A stretch of DNA of 64,000 nucleotides from Actinomycetota bacterium (GTDB lineage Bacteria > Actinomycetota > Acidimicrobiia > Acidimicrobiales > CAIXPF01). Made by a program: the position numbers and the translations under genes. Shown piece by piece: positions 55,337 through 63,847 of this stretch; the first letter of the stretch is position 1, and each line of letters starts with the position of its first letter. The DNA lies in the NCBI GenBank assembly GCA_034211175.1, contig JAXHUH010000240.1:2393-66392 (forward strand), read 5' to 3'. The notes below the pieces were generated by a model that was not told the origin of the DNA, did not search any database, and saw nothing but the letters and a program-made list of their open reading frames with translations.

Positions 55337-56511
55337 GCGTCCTCCTGTCCGAGGATGAGAGTTGCGCTGCCCATGCGGTTCGCCAGTGAGCCGCCGGTGC
55401 CATGCGCCAGCGCGAGCTGGCAGTCCGGCACCTGGACCTCGCCGTGGGCCTCGCCGCGCAGCTGGCGGACGGCCTCGATGATCTTGGTCATGCCGCCCCG
55501 GTTGGCGGGGTGGTTGTTGCACAGGCCGCCGCCGTCGGTGTTGAACGGCAGCCGACCGTCCGGTGCGCGCAGGCCCTGGTCGGCCACGAACGTGCCGCCC
55601 TTGCCCTTCTCGCAGAACCCGAGGTCCTCGATGGTCTCCAACACGGTGATGGTGAAGGAGTCGTAGATCGATGCGTAGTCGATGTCGGCCGGGGTCACTT
55701 CCGCTTCCTCGAAGGCCCGGGGCCCCGACCACACCGCGCCGGTGTGGGTGAGGTCGATGCGGCCGTTGTCGGTGTGCTTGGGCGACTCACCGTGGCCGAG
55801 CACCTTGACGCAGCGGCGCTCGAGGTCCCGGGCGATCTCGGGGCTGACCACGACCAGGGCACCCCCGCCGTCGGTGATCACGCAGCAGTCGAGGCGGTGC
55901 AGCGGGTCACTGACGATGGGGGACTCGACCACCTGCTCGATCGTGACCGGGTCGGGCAGGAACGCGTTCGGGTTGAACTGGGCGTGGTGCGATGCCGCGA
56001 CCTTGATCTCGGCCAACTGCTCGCTGGTGGTGCCGAACTCGTACATGTGCCGACGGGCGGCCAGCGCGTAGCCGCCGTGGATGGCCATGCCGTAGGTCAT
56101 CTCGAAGCCGGCCTCGGGGGCGCTGGCGAACATCGCTCGGGCGCCGCCCATCATCGACGCCGGATCTGATCGGGGCAGGCCGCCCAACGTCACCAGCGCG
56201 ACCGAGCACTTGCCCGTCGCGATGGCGGCGGCCGCGTGGCCGACGTGGCACAGGTACGACGACCCGCCGGTCTCGGTGGTGTCGATGTGGCGCAGCTTCA
56301 GCCCCAGGTACTCGGCCATGGAGAAGCCACCGAAACCGGGGGCGTCACCGGCGCAGAAGTAGCCGTCGACGTCGTCCATGGACAAGCCGGCGTCGGCGAG
56401 GGCGCCGACGGCGACGTCAGCGTGCACCTGGGCGACGGTGCGGTCGGGGATGACGCGCAGTGGATGTTCGTAGGCGCCCGCGATGAACGCCTTGCCGCGG
56501 ATGGTGGTCAA
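55333..56511 (-). CDS. SCP-x/Ltp-type thiolase-like protein
   Basis: 392 aa. KAFIAGAYEHP...TGGSSYLCHVGHAAAAIATGKCSVALV... Confidence 0.88.
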   Translation of the reverse strand: MTTIRGKAFIAGAYEHPLRVIPDRTVAQVHADVAVGALADAGLSMDDVDGYFCAGDAPGFGGFSMAEYLGLKLRHIDTTETGGSSYLCHVGHAAAAIATGKCSVALVTLGGLPRSDPASMMGGARAMFASAPEAGFEMTYGMAIHGGYALAARRHMYEFGTTSEQLAEIKVAASHHAQFNPNAFLPDPVTIEQVVESPIVSDPLHRLDCCVITDGGGALVVVSPEIARDLERRCVKVLGHGESPKHTDNGRIDLTHTGAVWSGPRAFEEAEVTPADIDYASIYDSFTITVLETIEDLGFCEKGKGGTFVADQGLRAPDGRLPFNTDGGGLCNNHPANRGGMTKIIEAVRQLRGEAHGEVQVPDCQLALAHGTGGSLANRMGSATLILGQEDA

Positions 56512-56568
56512 GGACTCCTCGAATCTGTCGGGGGTGATGGTGTTCGCGTCCGGGGGCCGGGTCCGGCC

Positions 56569-57978
56569 TCAGCCCTTCGAGCGGTGGACGACCTGGGGCT
56601 CGCAGAAGCCGAGCAGCCCCCACGTGCCGTTCTCGACGCCGATGCCGCTCCACTTGGCCCCGCCGAAGGGCTGGTGGGGTGCCAGCGCCAGGTGGGTGTT
56701 GACCCACGCGGTGCCGCACTCGAGCTCTTCGGCGATCTCCGCCGCTCGCTCGACGTCGGTGCCCCACACCGAGCCGGACAGGCCGTAGTGGGTGGCGTTG
56801 GCCCGGTCGATGACCTCGTCGACGTCGCGGTAGGCGATGACGGGCAGCGCCGGGCCGAACTGCTCCTCGTCGACGATGCGGGTGCCGTCGGAGAGGCCGG
56901 TGAGGATGGTGGGCTCGAAGAAGTAGCCGTCGCCCTCGATCGGCTTGCCGCCGGCCGCAGCCACCGCGCCGGAGGACAGGGCGTCGGCGACCAGCTCGCT
57001 GACCCGTTCGAACTGGGGGCGGTTGTTGATCGGGCCCAGCTGCACGTCGGGCTCGGTGCCCGCGCCGACCTTGACGGAACGAGCCCGGTCACCGAGGCCC
57101 TCCACGATCTGGTCGTGCAACGACTCGGGCACGTACACCCGCTTGATCGCCGAGCACACCTGGCCGTTGTTCTGGAACGCACCCCAGAACAGCTTCTCGA
57201 CCACGGCGTCGACGTCGACGTCCTCGAGGACGATGGCCGGGTCGTTGCCGCCCAGCTCCAGGGTGGTGCGCTTGAGGTCGGGGGCGGCGGCGGCCGCGAC
57301 CTTCTTGCCGGTGGCCACCGACCCGGTGAAGCTGATCTTGCGGGGGACAGGGTGCGATGTCATCGATGCCCCGAGGGGGTCCTTGCCACTGACCACGTTC
57401 AGCACGCCGGGCGGCAGGACATCGCGCAGGACTTCGCCCACGGCCAGCGTGGCCCGCGGGGTGAACGGCGACGGCTTGAGCACCATCGTGTTCCCGGCAA
57501 GCAGGGCAGGGGCGATCTTCCAGGAGGCGAGCACGAGCGGGAAGTTCCACGGGGTGATGCCGGCGACGACGCCGAGGGGTCGCTGGATGACCTCGACGAA
57601 CGCGGCGTCGTCGTCTTGGATCACCTGCCGGGGGATCTCCAGGTCGGCGTAGTACTGGAACCACATGGCGGCGCCGTACACCTCGAAGGTGGCCTCGCCG
57701 AGCGGCTTGCCCTGCTCGAGTGTGAGGATGGGCGCGATGTCGTTGGCGGCCGCCATCAGTGCATCGGCGGACTGGCGGAGGAGGTCGCGCCGCCGGCCCT
57801 CGTCCTGGCGCCAGTCGCGGTAGGCCTTGGCCGCCGAGGCCATGGCTGCGTCGAGCTGCTGCGGCGTGCAGTCCGGCGCCGTCGCCTCCGGAGCGCCGGT
57901 CGCCGGGTTGACGACGTCGAACGTCGCCTCGGTGCTCGCTGCGACGCCGTCGATGGTCATCGTGACTTCTTCGCTCAC
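56569..57978 (-). CDS. NAD(P)-dependent aldehyde dehydrogenase
   Basis: 469 aa. GITPWNFPL, LKPSPFTP, ELGGNDP. The catalytic Cys region is GQVCSAIKRVYV. Confidence 0.93.
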   Translation of the reverse strand: MSEEVTMTIDGVAASTEATFDVVNPATGAPEATAPDCTPQQLDAAMASAAKAYRDWRQDEGRRRDLLRQSADALMAAANDIAPILTLEQGKPLGEATFEVYGAAMWFQYYADLEIPRQVIQDDDAAFVEVIQRPLGVVAGITPWNFPLVLASWKIAPALLAGNTMVLKPSPFTPRATLAVGEVLRDVLPPGVLNVVSGKDPLGASMTSHPVPRKISFTGSVATGKKVAAAAAPDLKRTTLELGGNDPAIVLEDVDVDAVVEKLFWGAFQNNGQVCSAIKRVYVPESLHDQIVEGLGDRARSVKVGAGTEPDVQLGPINNRPQFERVSELVADALSSGAVAAAGGKPIEGDGYFFEPTILTGLSDGTRIVDEEQFGPALPVIAYRDVDEVIDRANATHYGLSGSVWGTDVERAAEIAEELECGTAWVNTHLALAPHQPFGGAKWSGIGVENGTWGLLGFCEPQVVHRSKG

Positions 57979-58014
57979 GGGTCCCCCTGTCAGGTCCCTC
58001 TGCTCGCCCTCTGC

Positions 58015-58038
58015 GAGACATGTGGCTCAGAGTGTCGC
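58015..58038. promoter_or_regulatory. Operator-like palindrome GAGACA-N12-TGTCGC (site 7 of 9)
   Basis: 37 nt upstream of the ALDH start, in the divergent ALDH/esterase region. Confidence 0.5.
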
Positions 58039-58159
58039 ACGCGACGGTCGGGTCGCGCCAGGTCGACCGACGGGCCGACGAAGAAGGTGAGCGTCGGGCA
58101 CACTGGCCCCGGCTGCGCCGCCTGCTCTGGGCGGCCCGACGAAGGGGAGCGTGGAGACC

Positions 58160-59086
58160 ATGCCGATCGATCCGCAGATCCAGACCGTCCTCGACCAGAT
58201 GGAGGAGATCGGGTTCCCCGGGCTCTCGTCCCTCCCCGTCGAGCAGGCCCGTGCGGCCCTGGCCATGATGGGGGCCGCCGAGGCCGACGCCGTGGAGGAG
58301 GTGGCCCGGGTCGAGGATCTGGAGATCCCCGGGCCGGGCGGGGCCATCCCGGCTCGGGCCTACGTGCCGGCCACCGACGGCACGCCCCCGGTCGTCGTCT
58401 ACTACCACGGCGGCGGTTTGGTTCTCGGCGGCCTCGACAGCCACGACGGCACGTGCCGCGCCCTGGCCAACGCATCCGGGGCCCTGGTGCTGAGCATCGA
58501 CTACCGCCTCGCCCCGGAGCACCCGTTCCCCGCTGCGGTCGAGGACGCCGGGGCGGCGCTGGACTGGGTGGCCGCGAACGTCGCCGAGCTCGGGGGCGAC
58601 CCCGCGAGGTTGGCCGTGGCCGGGGACTCGGCCGGCGGCAACCTCGCCGCGGTCGTCGCCCTCCAGGCCCGGGACGCCGGCGCACCGCAGCTGCGGGGGC
58701 AGCTGTTGGTGTACCCGGTCACCGACTCGACGATGAGCCACCCCTCGATCGAGGAGAACGCCTCCGGCTACTTCCTCACCAAGGCCGACATGGAGTGGTT
58801 CTTCGACCACTACGCTCCCGAGCGGCCCGACGACTGGCGTCTGTCACCGCTGGCCGCGCCCGACCTCGCCGGGCTGCCACCCGCCCTCGTGCTCACCGCC
58901 GAGTTCGACCCGCTGCGCGACGAAGGCGAGGCCTACGCCCGCCGGCTCGCGGATGCCGGGGTGCCGGTGGAGCTGGTGCGCAAGGACGGGTTGATCCACG
59001 GGTTCTTCGGCATGGTCGCCGACGTGGACGAGGCCCGGGACGCCATGGACCGGGCCGGGGCCGCCCTTCGGGCCTGGCTGGCCTGA
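58160..59086 (+). CDS. Alpha/beta hydrolase fold-3 (HSL-type) esterase, paralogue of 44774..45667
   Basis: HGGGL and GDSAGG motifs. ATG 58160 has AAGGGGAG 10 nt upstream. The ORF is open from GTG 58151. Confidence 0.88.
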   Translation: MPIDPQIQTVLDQMEEIGFPGLSSLPVEQARAALAMMGAAEADAVEEVARVEDLEIPGPGGAIPARAYVPATDGTPPVVVYYHGGGLVLGGLDSHDGTCRALANASGALVLSIDYRLAPEHPFPAAVEDAGAALDWVAANVAELGGDPARLAVAGDSAGGNLAAVVALQARDAGAPQLRGQLLVYPVTDSTMSHPSIEENASGYFLTKADMEWFFDHYAPERPDDWRLSPLAAPDLAGLPPALVLTAEFDPLRDEGEAYARRLADAGVPVELVRKDGLIHGFFGMVADVDEARDAMDRAGAALRAWLA

Positions 59087-59093
59087 GCGGCGG

Positions 59094-60587
59094 TCAGCCC
59101 AGCTCGAAGCCGGCCGGCCCCTCGCCGCCGGGCACGACGGTGACCGTCTGGCCCACGAGCTGGCCGCCCGAGAGCTCGGCGGCCAGCGACGGATCGTCCC
59201 GGCGAACGACGACCCGCCGACGGTCGGCGGTGGTGGCGTAGGCCACGACGGACGCCGGGCCGGCGTCCCGGTCGTGGATGACCGTGCCGCCGTCGACGGT
59301 CGCCGGGCCGGTGGCGCCGGGGCCGGCCTGGGCCAGCGCCGTCGCATCGATGGCAGCCTGGGCGCCGGCCAGGTCGGGCTTGGCGAACCCTCGCTCGGGC
59401 GGCGTGGTGCTCCACAGGCCGATCGAGTGCTTGGTGACGTACCAGCCCAGCCCGGTGGTGAGCCCGATGGCGCCGGGGTCGTCCCGCAGCTGCTGGGCCA
59501 TGGTCGCGATGCTGTGGGACGTGTAGTTGTTGCCGGGTCCGCCGAAGTAGGCGTGGCCGCCGGTGACCGTGAACGGGCGGGGGTCGTCCAGGCTCAAGCC
59601 GAGGGCGGTGGCGGAGATCTCCACGGCCACCGGGAAGCAGGAGTAGAAGTCGAAGCGGGAGATGTCGTCGAGGTCGCAGCCGACCGCCTCGAACAGCGCC
59701 CGTCCAGCCGTCTCGATCGCGGGGGAGCGGTGCAGCTCCGGCCGCTCCAGCGGATAGAAGACGTCGTTGAGATCGGCGACGCCGAGGGGGAACACCCACC
59801 GGTCACGGGGGATGCCGGCGGACTCGGCCGCCTCGGCCGAGCACAGCAGGAACGCCGCCGCCTGGTCGACCTCGATGATGGCGTTCATCCGCTTGGTGTA
59901 GGGCTCGGCGATCATCCGGTTGCCGGGCGTCGGCTCGGACAGCTCCTCGGCGGTGGCCGGCTCCGGGAACCAGGCCAGGTCCGGGTGGGTCGCGGCCACC
60001 TCGGTGGCCGGCGCCATGAACTGGCCGAGGAAGCGGCGCTGCTCGTCGAGGCTGCGCCCGGCGTGGTGGGCCACGGCCGATTCCAGGATCGGGTACAGGA
60101 ACGGCGGCGGCGCCAGGCCGGCGTGCACCTCGGCGGGCGACGCGCCCATGCGCGTGTCGCCGATCTCGGTGTCCTCGCCGGTGGCCTCCCGGGCGGTCCG
60201 GGGGGCGACCCCCTGCTTGCGGGCACGGCGTACCGATGCCCCGGCCTCGGCGCCAGCGACGAGGGCCACGTCGCAGCGGCCCTCGACGATGTCGGTGCCG
60301 AGCGTGCCCACCAGCCACTGGGGGGTGTTGCCCCCGATGGTGGACGACAGCAGGCGGCGCGGGGCCAGCCCGAGCGCAGCGGCGAGGCGGTGCGCGGCGT
60401 GCTCGGTGTGGGGGGCGAGGACGCCGGGCATGGCGATCGTGTCCACGCCCAGATCGGCGCCGCAGTCGGCGAGGGCCCGGCGGGTGGCCTCGGCGGCGAG
60501 CGTGATCGGGTCGACCAGCTCGTCGCCGCGGTTCGTGACCTGCCCGACCCCGACGAGGACCGGGGTCCTGGGGTCGAGCGCGCTCAC
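59094..60587 (-). CDS. Thiolase-like protein, about 497 aa (acetyl-CoA acetyltransferase-like)
   Basis: GTGA overlap with the MaoC stop. PVLVGVGQVTNR...VALVAGAEAG...GGPGNNYTSHSIA pattern. Confidence 0.78.
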   Translation of the reverse strand: MSALDPRTPVLVGVGQVTNRGDELVDPITLAAEATRRALADCGADLGVDTIAMPGVLAPHTEHAAHRLAAALGLAPRRLLSSTIGGNTPQWLVGTLGTDIVEGRCDVALVAGAEAGASVRRARKQGVAPRTAREATGEDTEIGDTRMGASPAEVHAGLAPPPFLYPILESAVAHHAGRSLDEQRRFLGQFMAPATEVAATHPDLAWFPEPATAEELSEPTPGNRMIAEPYTKRMNAIIEVDQAAAFLLCSAEAAESAGIPRDRWVFPLGVADLNDVFYPLERPELHRSPAIETAGRALFEAVGCDLDDISRFDFYSCFPVAVEISATALGLSLDDPRPFTVTGGHAYFGGPGNNYTSHSIATMAQQLRDDPGAIGLTTGLGWYVTKHSIGLWSTTPPERGFAKPDLAGAQAAIDATALAQAGPGATGPATVDGGTVIHDRDAGPASVVAYATTADRRRVVVRRDDPSLAAELSGGQLVGQTVTVVPGGEGPAGFELG

Positions 60588-61423
60588 CGGGCGATCGCCC
60601 GGGCCTGGCTGAGCACGACGTTGCCCTTCTGGGTCGACGCCTCGACGACGGCGCCGTCGCCGTCGCGCCACATCTTGGTGACGATCGTGTCCTCGGGCCA
60701 CACCTGGTCGGCGAAGCGGCCCTCGAGCGTGCCGAAGGCGTCCACGTCGCCGCCGAACACCCCGGCCAGCACCGCCCGACCGACGAAGCCGAAGGTGCAC
60801 AGGCCGTGGTTGAACGGCGCGTCGAAGCCAGCCATCTGCGCGAACTCCGGATCGATGTGCAGCGGGTTCCGGTCACCGGAGAGGCGGTAGATCGCTGCCT
60901 GCTCCTTGCGGGTCTCGTACTCGACCACCACGTCGGGGTCCCGGTCGGGTGGCTGGTTCTTGCCGCTGGTCGACGGGCCCCGTTCGCCGCCGAACCCGCC
61001 GGCACCACGGACGAACAAGGTGGCGGCGGCGGTGAACATCTCGCCGTCATCGTCGCTGGCCGTGCCCTCGAAGCCGAGGACCGCGGCCTTGCCCTTGTCC
61101 CACACCTCGGTGATCCGCCCATGGATCTGCACCTCGGCCCTGGGCGGCAGGGTCCGGTGGCACGTGATCGACTGCTCGCCGTGCAGGATCATGGCCGGGT
61201 TCACCTCGACCTCGCCGAACACACTGCCCATGGCCGTCAGCCCCGGGATCACGCCGTAGGTGGGCAGGACCACTGGGCCGCGACCCTCATAGACGAAATC
61301 GAGGTCCTCCGGCGGGCGGGCACCGACGCCCAGCGCGTAGAGCATGACGTCCTTGTCGTTCCAAGACGCCTTGACCGGCGGGAGTTCGAGGCCGGCGAGA
61401 TCAGTGGAGATCGGTTGAGGCAT
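60584..61423 (-). CDS. MaoC-like double-hotdog (R)-specific enoyl-CoA hydratase (MFE-2 hydratase-2 / Hsd4B-like)
   Basis: ATG at 61423. ...YALGVGA...ILHGEQSI... and YRLSGDRNPLHIDPEFA...GFDAPFNHGLCTFG. Confidence 0.87.
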   Translation of the reverse strand: MPQPISTDLAGLELPPVKASWNDKDVMLYALGVGARPPEDLDFVYEGRGPVVLPTYGVIPGLTAMGSVFGEVEVNPAMILHGEQSITCHRTLPPRAEVQIHGRITEVWDKGKAAVLGFEGTASDDDGEMFTAAATLFVRGAGGFGGERGPSTSGKNQPPDRDPDVVVEYETRKEQAAIYRLSGDRNPLHIDPEFAQMAGFDAPFNHGLCTFGFVGRAVLAGVFGGDVDAFGTLEGRFADQVWPEDTIVTKMWRDGDGAVVEASTQKGNVVLSQARAIAR

Positions 61424-61457
61424 GGGCGCAGTCTGAACCGAACCCCGCGCCGACCGC

Positions 61458-61481
61458 AAGACAGAAGGCCGTTGCTGTTTC
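61458..61481. promoter_or_regulatory. Operator-like site AAGACA-N12-TGTTTC (site 8 of 9)
   Basis: 35 nt upstream of the MaoC start. Confidence 0.4.
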
Positions 61482-61529
61482 ACGGAGCCGACGCAACCAC
61501 GGGCCCCCGGGGTCAGCGGTCGTATCGGT

Positions 61530-62729
61530 CTACGAGCCCGAGCCGGTCGCGGCGACCGCGTCGGAGAAGCCGTGGGGGATGACGATGTCGGCCGGGCTGA
61601 GCTCGGCGAGCGAGCCCTTGCCGAGTCCGAGCATGGCGGAGTCGATGCCGCCGCGGAGGACGTCGAGCACGTTCTCGACGCCGGGCTGGCCGCCGACGGC
61701 CAGGGCCCACAGCGAGGCGCGGCCGATCATGACCGCCTTCGCGCCGAGGGCGACGGCCTTGACGACGTCGCTGCCGCGGCGGATGCCGCCGTCCATGACG
61801 ACCTCGATGCGATCGCCCACGGCGTCGGCGATGAGGGGCAGGGCACGGATGGAGGCGGGGGTGGTGTCGAGGTTGTTGCCGCCGTGGTTGGAGACGCTGA
61901 TGGCGCTGTAGCCGGCGTCGGCCGCCCGTCTGGCGTCGTCGACGCGCATGATGCCCTTGAGCATGAACGGGCCGTCCCACTGCTCGCGCAGCCAGCGCAG
62001 GTCGTCCCAGCTGGGTGGCGGGGTGCCCATCCACTGGCCGTAGGCCTCGAAGAAGCCCGGGGGCTGCTCGCCCTCGGGGACCATGTTGGGCACGTGGAGG
62101 TCGGGCAGGGATCGGTGCTCGATGGTGTAGCGGCCGTAGCGCCAGGCGTAGCGAGGGCTGGTGAGCAGCTCGGGGGAGTGCTTGATGGAGGTCTTGAGGT
62201 CGAGGGCTTCGGGGATGTCGGGGCTGCCCCAGTCGCGGCCGTGGGAGAACGACCAGTCGAGGGTGACGATGAGGCCGGGGATGCCGGCGCGCTTGGCTCG
62301 GTCGAGTCGGGCGGTCATCTGCTCGCGGGTGCCGCACCAGTAGATCTGGAACAAGGTCTGGGGGTTCTCGGCCATGACCTGCTCCATGGGGGTGGAGCCG
62401 AAGTTGGACAGGCCGAGGGCCGTGCCCCGGGCCGCGGAGGCCCGCGCGATGCCCATCTCGGCCTCCGGGTGCACCATCTGCACGCCGGTGGGGGAGATGA
62501 ACACCGGCATCGAGATGGGTTGGCCCATGACCTCGACCGATTGGTCCCGCTCGGCGGGCTTGTCGGCGACGGTGGGCACGAAGCCCAGCTCCCGGAAGGC
62601 GCGGACGTTGTCGTCGAGGGTCTCACCGGCCTCTGCGCCGGCTTTGAGGGCCCCGAACACCGAGCGGGGCAGGATCTTGGCGGCCCGCTGGCGGGCGACC
62701 TCCACGGTCTCGAACCACTTGTGTGCCAT
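61530..62729 (-). CDS. FMN-dependent alpha-hydroxy-acid dehydrogenase family, MftD/LldD(Rv0694)-like long form
   Basis: 399 aa. WFETV..ARQRA.K.LP.SV..., ISPTG, the insert TLDWSFSHGRDWGSPDIPE, SVSNHGGNNLD, DGGIRRGSDVVKAVALGA. Confidence 0.88.
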   Translation of the reverse strand: MAHKWFETVEVARQRAAKILPRSVFGALKAGAEAGETLDDNVRAFRELGFVPTVADKPAERDQSVEVMGQPISMPVFISPTGVQMVHPEAEMGIARASAARGTALGLSNFGSTPMEQVMAENPQTLFQIYWCGTREQMTARLDRAKRAGIPGLIVTLDWSFSHGRDWGSPDIPEALDLKTSIKHSPELLTSPRYAWRYGRYTIEHRSLPDLHVPNMVPEGEQPPGFFEAYGQWMGTPPPSWDDLRWLREQWDGPFMLKGIMRVDDARRAADAGYSAISVSNHGGNNLDTTPASIRALPLIADAVGDRIEVVMDGGIRRGSDVVKAVALGAKAVMIGRASLWALAVGGQPGVENVLDVLRGGIDSAMLGLGKGSLAELSPADIVIPHGFSDAVAATGSGS

Positions 62730-62788
62730 CGCTTCGGGTCCTCCGCCCTTCGATGTCGTCGGCTTTCTGTTGAACCCGGGAGGGCGGC

Positions 62789-63652
62789 TCAGACGGTGAG
62801 CAGCGCGTAGTCGTCGACCTCTCGGCCGTCGGCTTCGAGCCGGCGGCGCTCCCGGTCCATGAGGTCCTTCTCGATCTCGGTGCGCTCGGTGGCCAGCTCG
62901 TCCATGCCGATGGGGCCCATGGCCCGGCCGGCGAGGAACTGGCGGATGAGCGGGTTGTCGGTGGTCCGCATCTCCTCCTTGGCCGCGAACTTGACCAGGT
63001 TGGCCTGGTACAGCACGGCGATGTAGTCCGAGGTGCGCATCACCGAGGCGATGTTGTGAGTGATGATCAGGAAGGTGGCGTGGGTCTCCTCCTGGATCTT
63101 CTTGATCAGCTCGTCGAGATAGGAGACCCGGACGGGGTCGAGGCCGGAGTCGGGCTCGTCGAACAGGATGATCTCGGGGTCCATCGACAGCGCCCGGGCG
63201 AGGCCGGCCCGCTTCTTCATGCCGCCGGAGACCTCGCCGGGGAACTTCTTCATGTGGTCGAGCAGGCCGACGAGGCTGGCCTTCTCGAGCACGATCTCGC
63301 GGATCTCCTTCTCGGGCTTGGTGGTGTGCTCGCGCAACGGGAAGGCGATGTTGTCGAAGATGTTCATCGACCCGAACAGGGCGCCGTCCTGGAACAGCAC
63401 GCCGAACTTGCGCCGGACCCGGTACAGGTCCTTCTCCCCCATCGAGACGGTCTCCTCACCGTCGACCCAGATCTCACCGTTGTCGGGCCGCAGCAGGCCG
63501 ATGACGTTCTTGAGCAGCACCGACTTGCTGGTTCCGGACGGACCCATCACGGCACTCACCTTGCCCCGGGGGATGTCGAAGGAGATGTCCTCGAGGACCG
63601 TGTGTGATCCGAAGCTCTTCGTCACGTTGCGCAGCGAGATCGCAGCATCCAC
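62789..63652 (-). CDS. mkl: Mkl/MceG (MlaF-type) ABC ATPase for Mce transporters
   Basis: GTG at 63652 with GGGGAGG RBS. ISLRNVTKSFGSHTVLEDISF, Walker A GPSGTSKS, VSGGMKKRAGLARAL, ILFDEPDSGLDP, plus a C-terminal extension. Confidence 0.87.
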   Translation of the reverse strand: MDAAISLRNVTKSFGSHTVLEDISFDIPRGKVSAVMGPSGTSKSVLLKNVIGLLRPDNGEIWVDGEETVSMGEKDLYRVRRKFGVLFQDGALFGSMNIFDNIAFPLREHTTKPEKEIREIVLEKASLVGLLDHMKKFPGEVSGGMKKRAGLARALSMDPEIILFDEPDSGLDPVRVSYLDELIKKIQEETHATFLIITHNIASVMRTSDYIAVLYQANLVKFAAKEEMRTTDNPLIRQFLAGRAMGPIGMDELATERTEIEKDLMDRERRRLEADGREVDDYALLTV

Positions 63653-63752
63653 GGGTCTACCTCCCCAACGGGGGGGGACGAGGCGGGCTGCAGGTTGTTC
63701 TCGGTCATCTCGGTCCCCCAGCTCTGGTCGCCGCACGAACGCGGCGCTACAT

Positions 63753-63776
63753 TGGACACGATACTGGCTATGTCTC
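63753..63776. promoter_or_regulatory. Operator-like palindrome TGGACA-N12-TGTCTC (site 9 of 9)
   Basis: In the divergent mkl/TetR intergenic region. 72 nt upstream of the TetR GTG and 101 nt upstream of the mkl GTG. Confidence 0.5.
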
Positions 63777-63847
63777 ATGGGGGCCAATTGCTGGAACAAC
63801 CGCCCGCCCCCGAAGGGACGTCGGCCCATGGCGGGAGAGAGGCGACC

